Counted from the first letter of the stretch, positions 45,654 through 54,722 are shown. The stretch: DNA of 64,000 nucleotides from Pseudomonadota bacterium (GCA_018971625.1 JAGXAJ010000011.1:4336-68335); one strand, 5' to 3'. The notes: generated by a model from the letters alone, not told the origin. Numbers and translations are program-made.

Positions 45654-47774
45654 TCAACTTGGAGAGCTATCATCGTTCGGCTCCAAGAGATGGTAGTGAT
45701 CATCGTTAAAGCTTCCAAAGGTGGCGACGACAATAGACTTGATCGACGCCGCGGCCTTTAAGAGCATTTCCTCGAATTCCCCGTCGGGTGTAGATTCTGC
45801 AACGACTCCGCCTCCAACACCGATCGAAAACCGCCCATCGATCGCCACGATGGATCGGATCACGATGCTCAGATCGGCCACGCCATCATCACCTAGCCAG
45901 CCGAGCGAGCCAGAATAGACGCCGCGGGCACGGTGTTCCAACTCATCGATATGCTCGAGAGTACGAGTTTTTGGCGCGCCGGTCATCGATCCGCCCGGGA
46001 ATGCGCCACTGCGCAGCACGTCAATGATCGTGTGCTCTGGTTTCAAAACGCCGCGTATAGTACTTACTAATTGGTGAACCGTCTGATACGTTTCGACGTC
46101 AAACATGGCTGGTACGGATACAGTTCTGGTCTCGCAACAGCGCGATAGATCGTGACGCAGGAGATCGACGATCATCCCGTTCTCTGCTCTGTTTTTCCGG
46201 CTATTTCTCAGCAACTCGATCAGCCTCTTATCTTCAAGCGGATCGGCATGACGCCGGACCGTTCCTTTGATCGGCTTTGCTTCGATGTTGCCGTCTGCAT
46301 CGACCGCAAGAAATCGCTCCGGCGACGCGCTGAGAACGGCTCCGCCGGGCCATTTGAGAAAAGCCGCAAAGGGGGCGGGATTGACGCGCCTCATGGTACG
46401 ATAAACCCGCAGAGGCTCAACTGTAGCGTCACAGGAGATCTCGTTGGTCAAACAAACCTGATAAGTTTCACCTTGCGCAATCAAGTCGAGGCCGCGCGCG
46501 ACCTTGGAGAGATAGCTGGCTTTTCCATCCTTCATAAGGAACCGCAGCGGATCCCGGCCGATCGCGTGGTGTAATTCCACGAGCGGGCTGTTTGCCGCCT
46601 CGATTCGCTCCAGTGTCGTGTGAATCCAGTGCTGCGCGCGTTCGGCTTCGTCGGGGCTGTCGATGGCGCACACATAGGCCTTCCCGTCCACATGATCGAC
46701 GGCGATGAACCTGTCTGAATGGATCAATAGCGCGTCGGGCGTAGCAGCCCGACGCCGGGTTGGCGAACCACAATCATGTCGCAGCTCGTAGCCAAACCAG
46801 CCGACGTGACCACCGACAAAGGGACATGGTGGCGCTGTTTGTGGTCGGCTGGGACGTTCTCTTTGAAGATATTCGAATATAGTGATGTTTTCTGTTCGGC
46901 AACCCTGTGCATCGTCGATGACGATGGCTCGATCGAGGCTTCGGTATTGAATCGTCGCGGCGCGCGGTCCCGACGCATCTCCAATATAAGACCATCGCGA
47001 CAGTGTTGATTCAGCAAGGTTGCTGTCGAGCCAAAAAGCGAAGGGCTGATCGGCAAACAGTGAGCAGAATACCGCTTCCGTGTCGATCGCATACGGAATT
47101 TCACGCCAGAATGCTTTGCGAGTCTGCGATGTTGGGGCCGTTGCGCGTCGTTGTCCCGGCCGCATGTGGTCTGATACCGACAATCGCGCTGAGGCGTGAG
47201 ACGAGAGATCGCGGAAATTTCGTAGCAGCGTACGGCCGCATTCCGTCAGGATTGATTCTGGATGAAATTGAATGCCCCATTGAGGCCGCCCGCGACGAGC
47301 AAGGCTCATGAGGAGGCCGTCTTCGGTCCAAGCGATTTCCTCAAGGGCGAACGGAAGGGGACGCCGGACGACAAATGAGTGATAGCGCGCCGCGGCGAAC
47401 AACGGAGGCATACCTGCGAAGAGACCACAACCATGATGGATGATCTTGGACGTGCGCCCGTGGACGAGAGATGGAGTGCGATCCAATGACGCGCCTGAGG
47501 CAATGGCAAGGCCTTGATGACCTAAACACACGCCAAGCAAGGGAACCGTAGCCGTTTCGATGGCGTTTCTGCATAAGCCAAAATCCGCTGGCCTGTCAGG
47601 CCGTCCGGGACCGGGCGAGATGACGATATTATCGAAGCGCTGGGTGGAAAGATCTTCCCATGTCACTGCGTCGTTGCGGACGACGAGCGGCTCCTCCTGG
47701 TTAATGTCGGCAATCAGATGCACTAGATTGTAGGTGAATGAATCGTAGTTATCGATTATTAGTGTCCTCACCAT
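45654..47774 (-). CDS. pabAB: fused aminodeoxychorismate synthase (PabA glutamine amidotransferase + PabB chorismate-utilising domain)
   Basis: N-terminal class I GATase (LIIDNYDSFTYNL, GVCLGHQGL, QFHPES). C-terminal chorismate-binding domain with KPIKGT (Lys as in PabB, versus PIAGT in TrpE), SASPERF and FPGGSMTGAPK. Start probably ATG 47774 (track 47873). Codon usage is visibly AT-richer than in neighbouring genes. Confidence 0.85.
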   Translation of the reverse strand: MVRTLIIDNYDSFTYNLVHLIADINQEEPLVVRNDAVTWEDLSTQRFDNIVISPGPGRPDRPADFGLCRNAIETATVPLLGVCLGHQGLAIASGASLDRTPSLVHGRTSKIIHHGCGLFAGMPPLFAAARYHSFVVRRPLPFALEEIAWTEDGLLMSLARRGRPQWGIQFHPESILTECGRTLLRNFRDLSSHASARLSVSDHMRPGQRRATAPTSQTRKAFWREIPYAIDTEAVFCSLFADQPFAFWLDSNLAESTLSRWSYIGDASGPRAATIQYRSLDRAIVIDDAQGCRTENITIFEYLQRERPSRPQTAPPCPFVGGHVGWFGYELRHDCGSPTRRRAATPDALLIHSDRFIAVDHVDGKAYVCAIDSPDEAERAQHWIHTTLERIEAANSPLVELHHAIGRDPLRFLMKDGKASYLSKVARGLDLIAQGETYQVCLTNEISCDATVEPLRVYRTMRRVNPAPFAAFLKWPGGAVLSASPERFLAVDADGNIEAKPIKGTVRRHADPLEDKRLIELLRNSRKNRAENGMIVDLLRHDLSRCCETRTVSVPAMFDVETYQTVHQLVSTIRGVLKPEHTIIDVLRSGAFPGGSMTGAPKTRTLEHIDELEHRARGVYSGSLGWLGDDGVADLSIVIRSIVAIDGRFSIGVGGGVVAESTPDGEFEEMLLKAAASIKSIVVATFGSFNDDHYHLLEPNDDSSPS

Positions 47775-48049
47775 GCCGGCGCTCGTGACTTGGCGCAGTG
47801 CGCGGCGGCTTGAAAGTTGGCCAGGAAGCAACACCGCATCATCAATATGGTCGATCCGAACCGCCGCAATCATCGGCGGTCCGTCCTACTACCATGCTTC
47901 CGGTTCAAGCGACGCGATCATTCGTGCAACATCTGATCGCGTCCAGGCACGTTCGCGATCGCTCTTCACTGCCGCGCGACCGAACAACTGGGCTTGGCCG
48001 AACGGCTCGACGTAACAATCCGGATCGTCGTGGCAGGAGAAGACCGCCA

Positions 48050-48124
48050 TGGTGGGCGCGACAGGGATCGAACCTGTGACCCCCTCGATGTCAACGAGGT
48101 GCTCTCCCGCTGAGCTACGCGCCC
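48050..48124 (-). tRNA. tRNA-Val (anticodon GAC)
   Basis: Minus strand GGGCGCGTAGCTCAGCGGGAGAGCACCTCGTTGACATCGAGGGGGTCACAGGTTCGATCCCTGTCGCGCCCACCA. Perfect 7-bp acceptor stem, D-arm GCTC/GAGC, anticodon stem CCTCG/CGAGG with loop TTGACAT, T-arm ACAGG/CCTGT with TTCGATC, encoded CCA. Confidence 0.95.
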
Positions 48125-48216
48125 TGAGGCCTTGACGGGTTTGGTCCGTATATCGGCTCCAATGCGGGCAGGCAAGGATGCTTGAAGCGTCTTTGGCCGG
48201 GCCCGCAAGCGGCGTA

Positions 48217-48576
48217 TCAGGCCGCCAGCATCTTGTTCACTTCGCTGACCAATTCGCGAAGATGGACCGGTTTGGCCAGCACCTTGGCGGTCTTTGGCGC
48301 GTCCGAATCGGAATTCAGCGCAACGGCGGCAAAGCCCGTGATGAACATGATCTTGATATCGGGATCGAGCTCCGAGGCGCGGCGCGCCAGCTCGATTCCA
48401 TCCATTTCAGGCATCACGATATCGGTCAGCAGCATCTCGAACGGCTCCTCGCGCAGCCGCTGATACGCCGACAGGCCGTTGTCGTGAGGCGAGACCTGAA
48501 AACCCGCATTTTCCAGTGCCTTGACCAGGAAGCGGCGCATGTCGTTGTCGTCTTCGGCGAGCAGGATTTTATGCAT
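48217..48576 (-). CDS. cpdR: single-domain response regulator, CpdR-like
   Basis: 119-aa receiver (KILLAEDDNDMRRFL..MLLTDIVMPEMDG..FITGF). An adjacent N-formylglutamate-amidohydrolase-family gene is the usual alpha-proteobacterial cpdR context, as I recall it. Confidence 0.7.
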   Translation of the reverse strand: MHKILLAEDDNDMRRFLVKALENAGFQVSPHDNGLSAYQRLREEPFEMLLTDIVMPEMDGIELARRASELDPDIKIMFITGFAAVALNSDSDAPKTAKVLAKPVHLRELVSEVNKMLAA

Positions 48577-48870
48577 GGCGATCGGTCGTTGAATCCCAAT
48601 AGGAGATCAATGTACTCACTAAGCCCTTAGAGAGTAAATTTCGGGTGAAAGTCAGGTGCAGCCGACGGTGCGTGAGGCCAGTTCTGGACCAGAATGCCGC
48701 GCAAAGCAATCAACTCGAAGTTTTCCGCTTCTCCGAACCGTTCCCAGCTGGTTTAAGACTTTTTTCGCTTGGCAGATCGGTTTCGATTATCGACAATGGG
48801 TTCGCGAGATGCTGCGTTTTTCTGACGAAACGATCTGTCCAGGACTGCGGATTCAAGACGGCGCCCGAGC

Positions 48871-49758
48871 ATGACCCAGTTGGACGGCGAAGTGTCGCCC
48901 CCGTTCGAGATCGCGGAGCCGGCAGAGTGGCGGGCACCGATCATCTTCAATTCGCCCCATTCGGGCTCGGTCTACCCCCAGGATTTCCTCACCTCGTCGC
49001 GCATCGATCTGGCGGCACTGCGCCGCTCCGAGGATTCGTTCATGGACGAGTTGATCGGGGATTTGAGTCGGCGCGGTTTTCCCGTGGTTCGGGTTAATTT
49101 CCCGCGCTCCTATGTCGACGTGAACCGGGAACCTTACGAACTCGACCCCAGGATGTTCACCGGGCGCTTGCCGAGCTTTGCCAACACGCGGTCGATGCGG
49201 GTGGCCGGTGGTCTCGGCACCATTCCGCGCGTGGTCGGCGACGGCCACGAGATCTATCGGGAGCGGCTCAGCGTCGACGACGCGCTGGCGCGGATCGAGG
49301 CTCTCTACAAGCCCTATCATCGCGCGCTGCGGCGGCTGATCAACAAGGCACATCAGCGTTTTGGAACGGTGATCGTGGTGGATTGCCATTCGATGCCATC
49401 AATCGGTGTTTCGCGCGACGAGCCGCGGCGGCCAGATGTGGTGATCGGTGACCGCTATGGCACAAGCTGCGCACCGCTGATCCCCGATATGGTCGAGGAA
49501 ACCATGCGCGCGCTGGGCTATTCGGTCGGACGCAACAAGCCCTATGCCGGGGGCTTCATCACCGAGCATTACGGCAATCCCGCAAGTGGCCTGCACACCG
49601 TACAACTCGAACTCAACCGCGCGATCTACATGGACGAACGCCGGCGCGAACGCGGCCCGAAATTTGCGCAAGTGGCGGCCGATTTCGCCACCCTCGCGGA
49701 CGCGCTGGCGGCCGCTCCGCTCGGCGACCTCGGACCATTCCAGGCGGCCGCGGAATAA
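48871..49758 (+). CDS. N-formylglutamate amidohydrolase family protein
   Basis: 295 aa. FNSPHSG, VNREPYELD and VVDCHSMPS motifs of the FGase family. Confidence 0.85.
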   Translation: MTQLDGEVSPPFEIAEPAEWRAPIIFNSPHSGSVYPQDFLTSSRIDLAALRRSEDSFMDELIGDLSRRGFPVVRVNFPRSYVDVNREPYELDPRMFTGRLPSFANTRSMRVAGGLGTIPRVVGDGHEIYRERLSVDDALARIEALYKPYHRALRRLINKAHQRFGTVIVVDCHSMPSIGVSRDEPRRPDVVIGDRYGTSCAPLIPDMVEETMRALGYSVGRNKPYAGGFITEHYGNPASGLHTVQLELNRAIYMDERRRERGPKFAQVAADFATLADALAAAPLGDLGPFQAAAE

Positions 49759-49780
49759 TAAGAGGAAGCAAGACAACAAG

Positions 49781-49869
49781 AAAAAAAGGCCGCTTGAATG
49801 AACAAGCGGCCCAAGTCGAGGGAGGAAACGCCCAAGGAGGGCAGCGATAGCACGAGAATCTATCGCATT
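49781..49869 (-). ncRNA. candidate trans-acting sRNA of the suhB-motif / alpha-r8 (MmgR-like) family
   Basis: Minus strand: TTGCTT (49898-49903)-n17-CATATT (49875-49880). The transcript has hairpin GCGATAG/CTATCGC, a CCCUCC-exposing hairpin, single-stranded UUUCCUCCCU (49819-49828), and terminator GGCCGCTTG/CAAGCGGCC + U7 (49781-49811). No ORF. Flanked by an FGase-family gene and a suhB-like (IMPase-family) gene. Confidence 0.65.
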
Positions 49870-50190
49870 GCAGCAATATGCGGCCGCGCTGCACAAAAAG
49901 CAAGGGGTCTTAAGTCAATTCCTGAACAAAGTTCGCGAATCATGCAGGCATGCAACACACGATATTATCTATAATTATCAACGGCTTAATGCCACTTTTT
50001 GAAAGTCGGCCAAGACTGCTCTCGGAGCACTCTCGATTTCGTGATGTATGTGGTTACCAAAAAGGAACGTCTGGTTCGGGCTCTGATTCGTGCATGCCAA
50101 ATGCCACGCATTGCGGATAAAAGTGCGCCGCCGGCTGGATTGGGCTAGGCAATAGCCCAGACTTTCCTTCCGCGCCCGACAGGAACAGCC

Positions 50191-50976
50191 GTGACGGTTA
50201 TCGATTTTAAAGTCTTTATCGGCCAGCTTGCGACTTCCTCCGGCGAAACCATCCTGCCGTTCTTTCGCACCTCGCTCGGCATCGACAACAAGAGCGCGAG
50301 CGATTTCGATCCGGTCACCGAGGCCGACCGCGCCGCCGAAGCGGTGATGCGCCGGCTGATCAAATTCAACTTTCCCCAACACGGCATTGTCGGCGAGGAA
50401 TTCGGCAATGAGCGCGAAGATGCCGAATATGTCTGGGTACTGGATCCAATTGACGGCACCAAATCCTTTATCGCGGGCTTTCCGATCTGGGGTACGTTGA
50501 TCGCGCTGCTGCACAAGGGCACGCCGGTGTTCGGCATGATGCATCAGCCCTATATTGGCGAGCGTTTTTCCGGCGACAGCGGCTCGGCGCACTACCAGGG
50601 GCCGTCCGGCGAGCGCAAATTGGCCGTGCGGCGCTGTGCGGCGCTGCAGGACGCGACCCTCTTTACCACCAGCCCGCTGCTGATGGGCGGCATCGACCGG
50701 GCGGCGTTTGGCCGCGTCCAGGACGCGGTGCGGCTGACGCGTTATGGGGGCGACTGCTATTCCTACTGCATGCTGGCGGCTGGCCATCTCGATCTCGTCA
50801 TCGAAACCGAACTAAAGCCCTACGACATCGCGGCGCTGATCCCGATCGTCACCGGCGCCGGCGGCGTTATCACAACCTGGGACGGCAAGCCCGCTCAGAA
50901 CGGCGGCCGCATCATCGCCGCGGGCGATCCCCGAATGCATGAAGCGGCGATCAAGCTGCTCAATGACCAAGGCTGA
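50191..50976 (+). CDS. hisN: inositol monophosphatase family protein, probable histidinol-phosphatase HisN
   Basis: GTG start. IMPase motifs DPVTEADRAAE and WVLDPIDGTKSFIAGFPIWG. Length (261 aa) and N-terminus fit the HisN subgroup as I recall it. Confidence 0.75.
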   Translation: MTVIDFKVFIGQLATSSGETILPFFRTSLGIDNKSASDFDPVTEADRAAEAVMRRLIKFNFPQHGIVGEEFGNEREDAEYVWVLDPIDGTKSFIAGFPIWGTLIALLHKGTPVFGMMHQPYIGERFSGDSGSAHYQGPSGERKLAVRRCAALQDATLFTTSPLLMGGIDRAAFGRVQDAVRLTRYGGDCYSYCMLAAGHLDLVIETELKPYDIAALIPIVTGAGGVITTWDGKPAQNGGRIIAAGDPRMHEAAIKLLNDQG

Positions 50977-51040
50977 AGCCTTGAAATACGGTTCGCGATC
51001 GGTAGACGCCGTCACGAGGGCGAACCAGACGGCCTTTTCT

Positions 51041-51940
51041 CTAATGCCGCGCGGCCTTGCGCAGATATTCCGCCAATTGCCTGGCTGGCCGCGGCAGCGC
51101 CTTGAAGCTGCGGGCGCAGATCACAAGCTTGCGGTTGGTCCAGGCATCGCGAATCCCCGTGATTGCGATCGGCATCGATCGCGCGCAGCGCCTGGCGGCG
51201 ACTTCCGGCACGACGGCGATGCCGACGTCGGCGGCTGCCAACTGGCAGATTGCATCGAAATCCCGCAAGCGCGCCCGGAACCGAATGCGCATGCCGCGCC
51301 GCGCCGCATGTCTGGCGATGTGCAGATTAAGCGCGGTCGCATTGGTCAGACCGACGAAATCGTGGCCGGCGACGGCCTGAAAGTCGATCAGACGCCGCCC
51401 GGCGAAGGCGCTGCGCCGCGCCGATACCAGCACCAGCCGATCCTCGGTGAACAGAAACCGTTCGAGATTGTCCGGCAAGGCGTGCTCGGCCGCGAAGCCG
51501 AGCTCGACCGTGCCGCTGGCGATCGCGGCGACGATTTCGTCGCTTTCGCGTTCCTCGACGTCGACATTGATGTCGGGATATTCGCGCAGGAACGCCCCGA
51601 GCGCTTTCGGCAGATGCACTGACAGGCCGGAAGTATTGGCAAGCATATGCACGCTGGCCTTGGTGCCGCTCGCATAGGCGGCAAGATCGCCGCGCATCGC
51701 CTCGACCTGGTGGATCACGATGCGGGCATGGTCGAGCAGGCTCTCGCCAGCGGCGGTCAGTTCGACACCACGCCGGACGCGCTTGAGAAGGCTGGCGCCG
51801 AGGGCTTGCTCCAATCCCTTGATGCGTGCGCTGGCAGAAGCCAGCGCGAGATGGACCCGCTGCGCGCCGCGGGTAATGCTGTGCGAATCGGCCACAGCGA
51901 TAAACAACTGGAGGTCAACCAGATCAAACCGCATGGCCAT
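51041..51940 (-). CDS. LysR family transcriptional regulator
   Basis: HTH LQLFIAVADSHSITRGAQRVHLALASASARIKGLEQALGASLLKRVRRGVELTAAG. Divergent from the TauE/SafE-like gene. Confidence 0.9.
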   Translation of the reverse strand: MAMRFDLVDLQLFIAVADSHSITRGAQRVHLALASASARIKGLEQALGASLLKRVRRGVELTAAGESLLDHARIVIHQVEAMRGDLAAYASGTKASVHMLANTSGLSVHLPKALGAFLREYPDINVDVEERESDEIVAAIASGTVELGFAAEHALPDNLERFLFTEDRLVLVSARRSAFAGRRLIDFQAVAGHDFVGLTNATALNLHIARHAARRGMRIRFRARLRDFDAICQLAAADVGIAVVPEVAARRCARSMPIAITGIRDAWTNRKLVICARSFKALPRPARQLAEYLRKAARH

Positions 51941-51954
51941 TTCGCTGCCTTTCT

Positions 51955-51975
51955 GCCTTCGTAAAAACCGAAGGC
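51955..51975. promoter_or_regulatory. candidate LysR operator GCCTTCG-n7-CGAAGGC
   Basis: Perfect 7-bp inverted repeat, 15 nt from the LysR start codon, in the divergent intergenic region. Confidence 0.4.
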
Positions 51976-52029
51976 TAATGCCGTAACCTCCAAATTGTGC
52001 CGATCGCGCCGATCGGTCAATGTGCCGCC

Positions 52030-52782
52030 ATGTTCGAGCCTTTCCTGCTTCTCATTGCCGCTTCGTTCCTGCTCGCGGGCTCTATCAAAGGCGCGCTGGG
52101 GCTCGGCCTGCCGACGGTGTCGATGGGTCTGCTCGCGGTGGCGATGCCGCCGGCGCAGGCGCTGGCGATCGTCATCGTGCCGGCAATCGTCACCAACATC
52201 TGGCAGACTTTCGGCGGTCCCTACCTTCGCGACATCATCCGGCGGCTATGGCCATTGTTGATCGGGACCGCGGCCGGTATCCGGCTGAACGCGGGTTCGT
52301 TGACCGGCCCGTATGCGCGCTACACCGCCATCGCGCTCGGCCTGTTGCTGGCGCTCAATGCCGTCATCGGCCTCAGCAAGTTCAGCTTCAGCGTCGCGCG
52401 TCGGAACGAGAAATGGCTCGGCGGAATTGTGGGCCTGGTTACCGGCGTGATTTCGGCCGCAACCGGCGTGCAGGTCGTTCCGTCGGTGCCGTTTATGCAG
52501 GCGATCGGCATGGAGAAGGAAGAGCTGATTCAGGCGCTCGGTGTCTTCTTCACAGTCGCCACCGTGACGCTCGGCTTCAATCTCACCAGCGCCGGCCTGC
52601 TGACCGCGGCAGCCGCGCTGCCGGGGGCTGTCGCCATGGGATGTTCGTTCATCGGCATGTTAATCGGGCAAGCGGTGCGCACGCGCCTGCAGCCCGAGGT
52701 CTTCCGTCGCTGGTTTCACATCGCGATGATCCTGCTCGGGCTTTATCTTGTCGTCAGCACGATCCTGAAAATCCAGGCTTGA
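52030..52782 (+). CDS. TauE/SafE (TSUP) family sulfite/anion exporter
   Basis: In-frame ATG 52030. Polytopic. LLAGSIKGALGLGLPTVSMGLL is typical of TSUP proteins. Confidence 0.8.
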   Translation: MFEPFLLLIAASFLLAGSIKGALGLGLPTVSMGLLAVAMPPAQALAIVIVPAIVTNIWQTFGGPYLRDIIRRLWPLLIGTAAGIRLNAGSLTGPYARYTAIALGLLLALNAVIGLSKFSFSVARRNEKWLGGIVGLVTGVISAATGVQVVPSVPFMQAIGMEKEELIQALGVFFTVATVTLGFNLTSAGLLTAAAALPGAVAMGCSFIGMLIGQAVRTRLQPEVFRRWFHIAMILLGLYLVVSTILKIQA

Positions 52783-52789
52783 AGAATTC

Positions 52790-53008
52790 GCCGCCGACGG
52801 TCGAATTCACCGCGCCTGAAGCGTCGCGATGCGTATGCCGCAACAGACAAACAGCCCGTCCAGCGCGCGGTTGGTCCAGCTGCGCCAGCCCAATTGCACA
52901 CCGCGCCCCACGACGTAGGCCGAATCCCGTCCCGGCGGGCGAGATATTGAGCAGCACTGCCGAAACGACGAAGAGCCAAAAGTCGTGAATGCCGAGCACG
53001 CTGATCAT
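52790..53008 (-). pseudogene. LysE/RhtB-family translocator remnant (frameshifted, truncated)
   Basis: Starts MISVLGIHDFWLFVVSAVLLNISP, then loses the expected PGPD motif. The +1 frame continues PGRDSAYVVGRGVQLGWRS.. Only about 70-85 of roughly 205 expected codons remain. ATGA coupling to the upstream hydrolase stop (53005-53008) is retained. Confidence 0.55.
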
Positions 53009-53952
53009 CCAAACAGCGGCGTGCCCGGCACGAAGGCGTCGAATGCCGCCCAGAATTGCGCGCGATAACGGTCCTGCTCCTGCAGGATCTCATGCTTGGA
53101 GCCGGCGATCACCAGATGCGAGCCGGCGCGCAGGTGATAGGCGAACTCCTCGATCGCCGGCGTCGAGACGATGGTATCATTGCTGGCCGCCAGCATCAGG
53201 ATCGGCTGGCGGATGTCGGAGGGGTAATTGGAAGCGCGGAAGCCACGCATCGCGGTGAAGGCGGTATCGGCCCATGCTACCGTTGGCGAAGCGATGCCGA
53301 GCGTCGGGTCTTCCTCCAGGATCGCGGCGTTGCGTGCGTAGCGCACCGGATCGCTGGTCAATGGATTGTCGACGAACGAGCTTGCACCCACCAGTTCGCC
53401 ATTGCCGCCTGGAATGTACCGGCCGCCCTGCCCCGCAAGCCGCAAGACACGCAGTAACGCGCGCGGCAAAAATGAGGTGCGGCGGCCGGGCAGATCGATC
53501 ATCGGCGCCGACAGCACCATGCGGTCGAACCAGCGCTTGCCGGCATGCGCGACCCGCAGCATCACCGCGCCGCCCATCGAATGCGCCAACGCGAAGTGCG
53601 GTGGCGGACAATCCGGCAGGACCACTTGCTGCACGAAGGTCTCTACGTCGATTTCGAAATCCGAGAAATCGCGGACATAACCCTTGCGTGGGTCGCGCAG
53701 CCGGCGCGAGGAATGGCCCTGTCCGCGCCAGTCGATCATCGCCACCGCGAAACCGCGGTCGCGCAGGTCGCGCACGGTCTCGAAATATTTCTCGATCTGC
53801 TCGCCGCGCCCGGCGAATACGCAGACGGTGCCCTTGCGGCCCGATGGCGGCGCCCAGCGCGCAAACCGCAGTTCCGCGCCGTCGGGCGTCCTGATGGTGC
53901 CGCTGACGCTGTTTTCCGGAACCGGATTGGAGGGAATCGAGACCAGCGTCAT
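53005..53952 (-). CDS. alpha/beta hydrolase (lysophospholipase-like)
   Basis: In-frame ATG 53952 in track ORF 53005..54096. AHSMGG nucleophile elbow and a GSKHEIL His motif. Confidence 0.85.
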   Translation of the reverse strand: MTLVSIPSNPVPENSVSGTIRTPDGAELRFARWAPPSGRKGTVCVFAGRGEQIEKYFETVRDLRDRGFAVAMIDWRGQGHSSRRLRDPRKGYVRDFSDFEIDVETFVQQVVLPDCPPPHFALAHSMGGAVMLRVAHAGKRWFDRMVLSAPMIDLPGRRTSFLPRALLRVLRLAGQGGRYIPGGNGELVGASSFVDNPLTSDPVRYARNAAILEEDPTLGIASPTVAWADTAFTAMRGFRASNYPSDIRQPILMLAASNDTIVSTPAIEEFAYHLRAGSHLVIAGSKHEILQEQDRYRAQFWAAFDAFVPGTPLFG

Positions 53953-54023
53953 GAAGGAACGGTTAGGTGAAAAGCGCGGAAAATCAAGGGAGTGAGCGAC
54001 AAAAGGCACGCATTCCCGGCCTC

Positions 54024-54171
54024 TTGAACACGCCTGGAGTCCTCCCATATCACCTTCGTGCAGGCCGCTACCAGTATTTCGGAACCGGAAATACAAGGCT
54101 GCACAAAGACGAAAGCCCGGCCCGATGGCGGGCGGGTTACCTGAAACGGTCGCTCAATGGAGGACTACCCT
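54024..54171 (+). promoter_or_regulatory. sigma70-type promoter (TTGAAC-n17-ATATCA) plus ROSE-like 5' leader (putative RNA thermometer) of the hsp20 gene
   Basis: -35 at 54024-54029 and -10 at 54047-54052. The leader of about 113 nt has several hairpins (GTGCAG/CTGCAC; GTATTTC/GAAATAC). UCGCU lies 4 nt upstream of the GGAGGA SD (ggTCGCTcaatGGAGGAc), resembling the U(U/C)GCU anti-SD of ROSE hairpin IV. Confidence 0.45.
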
Positions 54172-54651
54172 ATGCGTACCTACGATCTTACCCCGTTTTA
54201 TCGTTCCACAGTCGGTTTTGACCGCTTGTTCTCACTGCTCGATCAGGCAACCGCCGACGGCAGTCCCGGCTATCCCCCCTACAATATTGAGCGCACCGGC
54301 GAGAATGAGTACCGCATCAGCGTTGCGGTATCCGGCTTTTCGCAGCCCGAGCTCTCGATCGTCGCGAAGGAAAACACGCTAACGATCAAGGGCGAAAAAA
54401 CCGCCAACGAGAACGGCCAGGGCAAATCCGAGGTGCTCTATCGCGGCATCGCGGCACGCGCTTTCGAGCGGGTATTCCAGCTCGCCGATTTCGTACAGGT
54501 GAAGAACGCTTCGCTTGAGCACGGCCTGCTCCACGTCGATCTCGTCCGCGAGATTCCCGAGGCCAAGAAACCGCGCAGCATTCCGATCACGCCCGCCGGC
54601 GCCAGCGCGCCAAAGGTGGTCGACGGCACCGCTGACAAGGCCGCGGCCTGA
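54172..54651 (+). CDS. small heat-shock protein (Hsp20/alpha-crystallin family)
   Basis: In-frame ATG 54172 after GGAGGA. PPYNIERTGENEYRISVAVSGFSQPELSIVAKENTLTIKGEK...GLLHVDL is a canonical alpha-crystallin domain (IbpA-like class). Confidence 0.9.
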   Translation: MRTYDLTPFYRSTVGFDRLFSLLDQATADGSPGYPPYNIERTGENEYRISVAVSGFSQPELSIVAKENTLTIKGEKTANENGQGKSEVLYRGIAARAFERVFQLADFVQVKNASLEHGLLHVDLVREIPEAKKPRSIPITPAGASAPKVVDGTADKAAA

Positions 54652-54690
54652 CAGCTTCAGGGTATCGGCAGATATTTGCCGAGACCACGA

Positions 54691-54722
54691 AAACGCCCCG
54701 GGAAATCGGGGCGTTTTTGTTG
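54691..54722. terminator. bidirectional rho-independent terminator between convergent genes
   Basis: 10-bp stem AAACGCCCCG/CGGGGCGTTT with loop GGAAAT, followed by TTGTTGT on the plus strand and TTTTCGTGG on the minus strand. Confidence 0.8.

Noticed and set aside
44950-48124. Integrative genomic island at tRNA-Val
   Set aside because: I found no integrase or recombinase ORF and no direct repeat of the tRNA 3' end by eye between 44.9 and 45.7 kb. It is reported only as a compositional islet.
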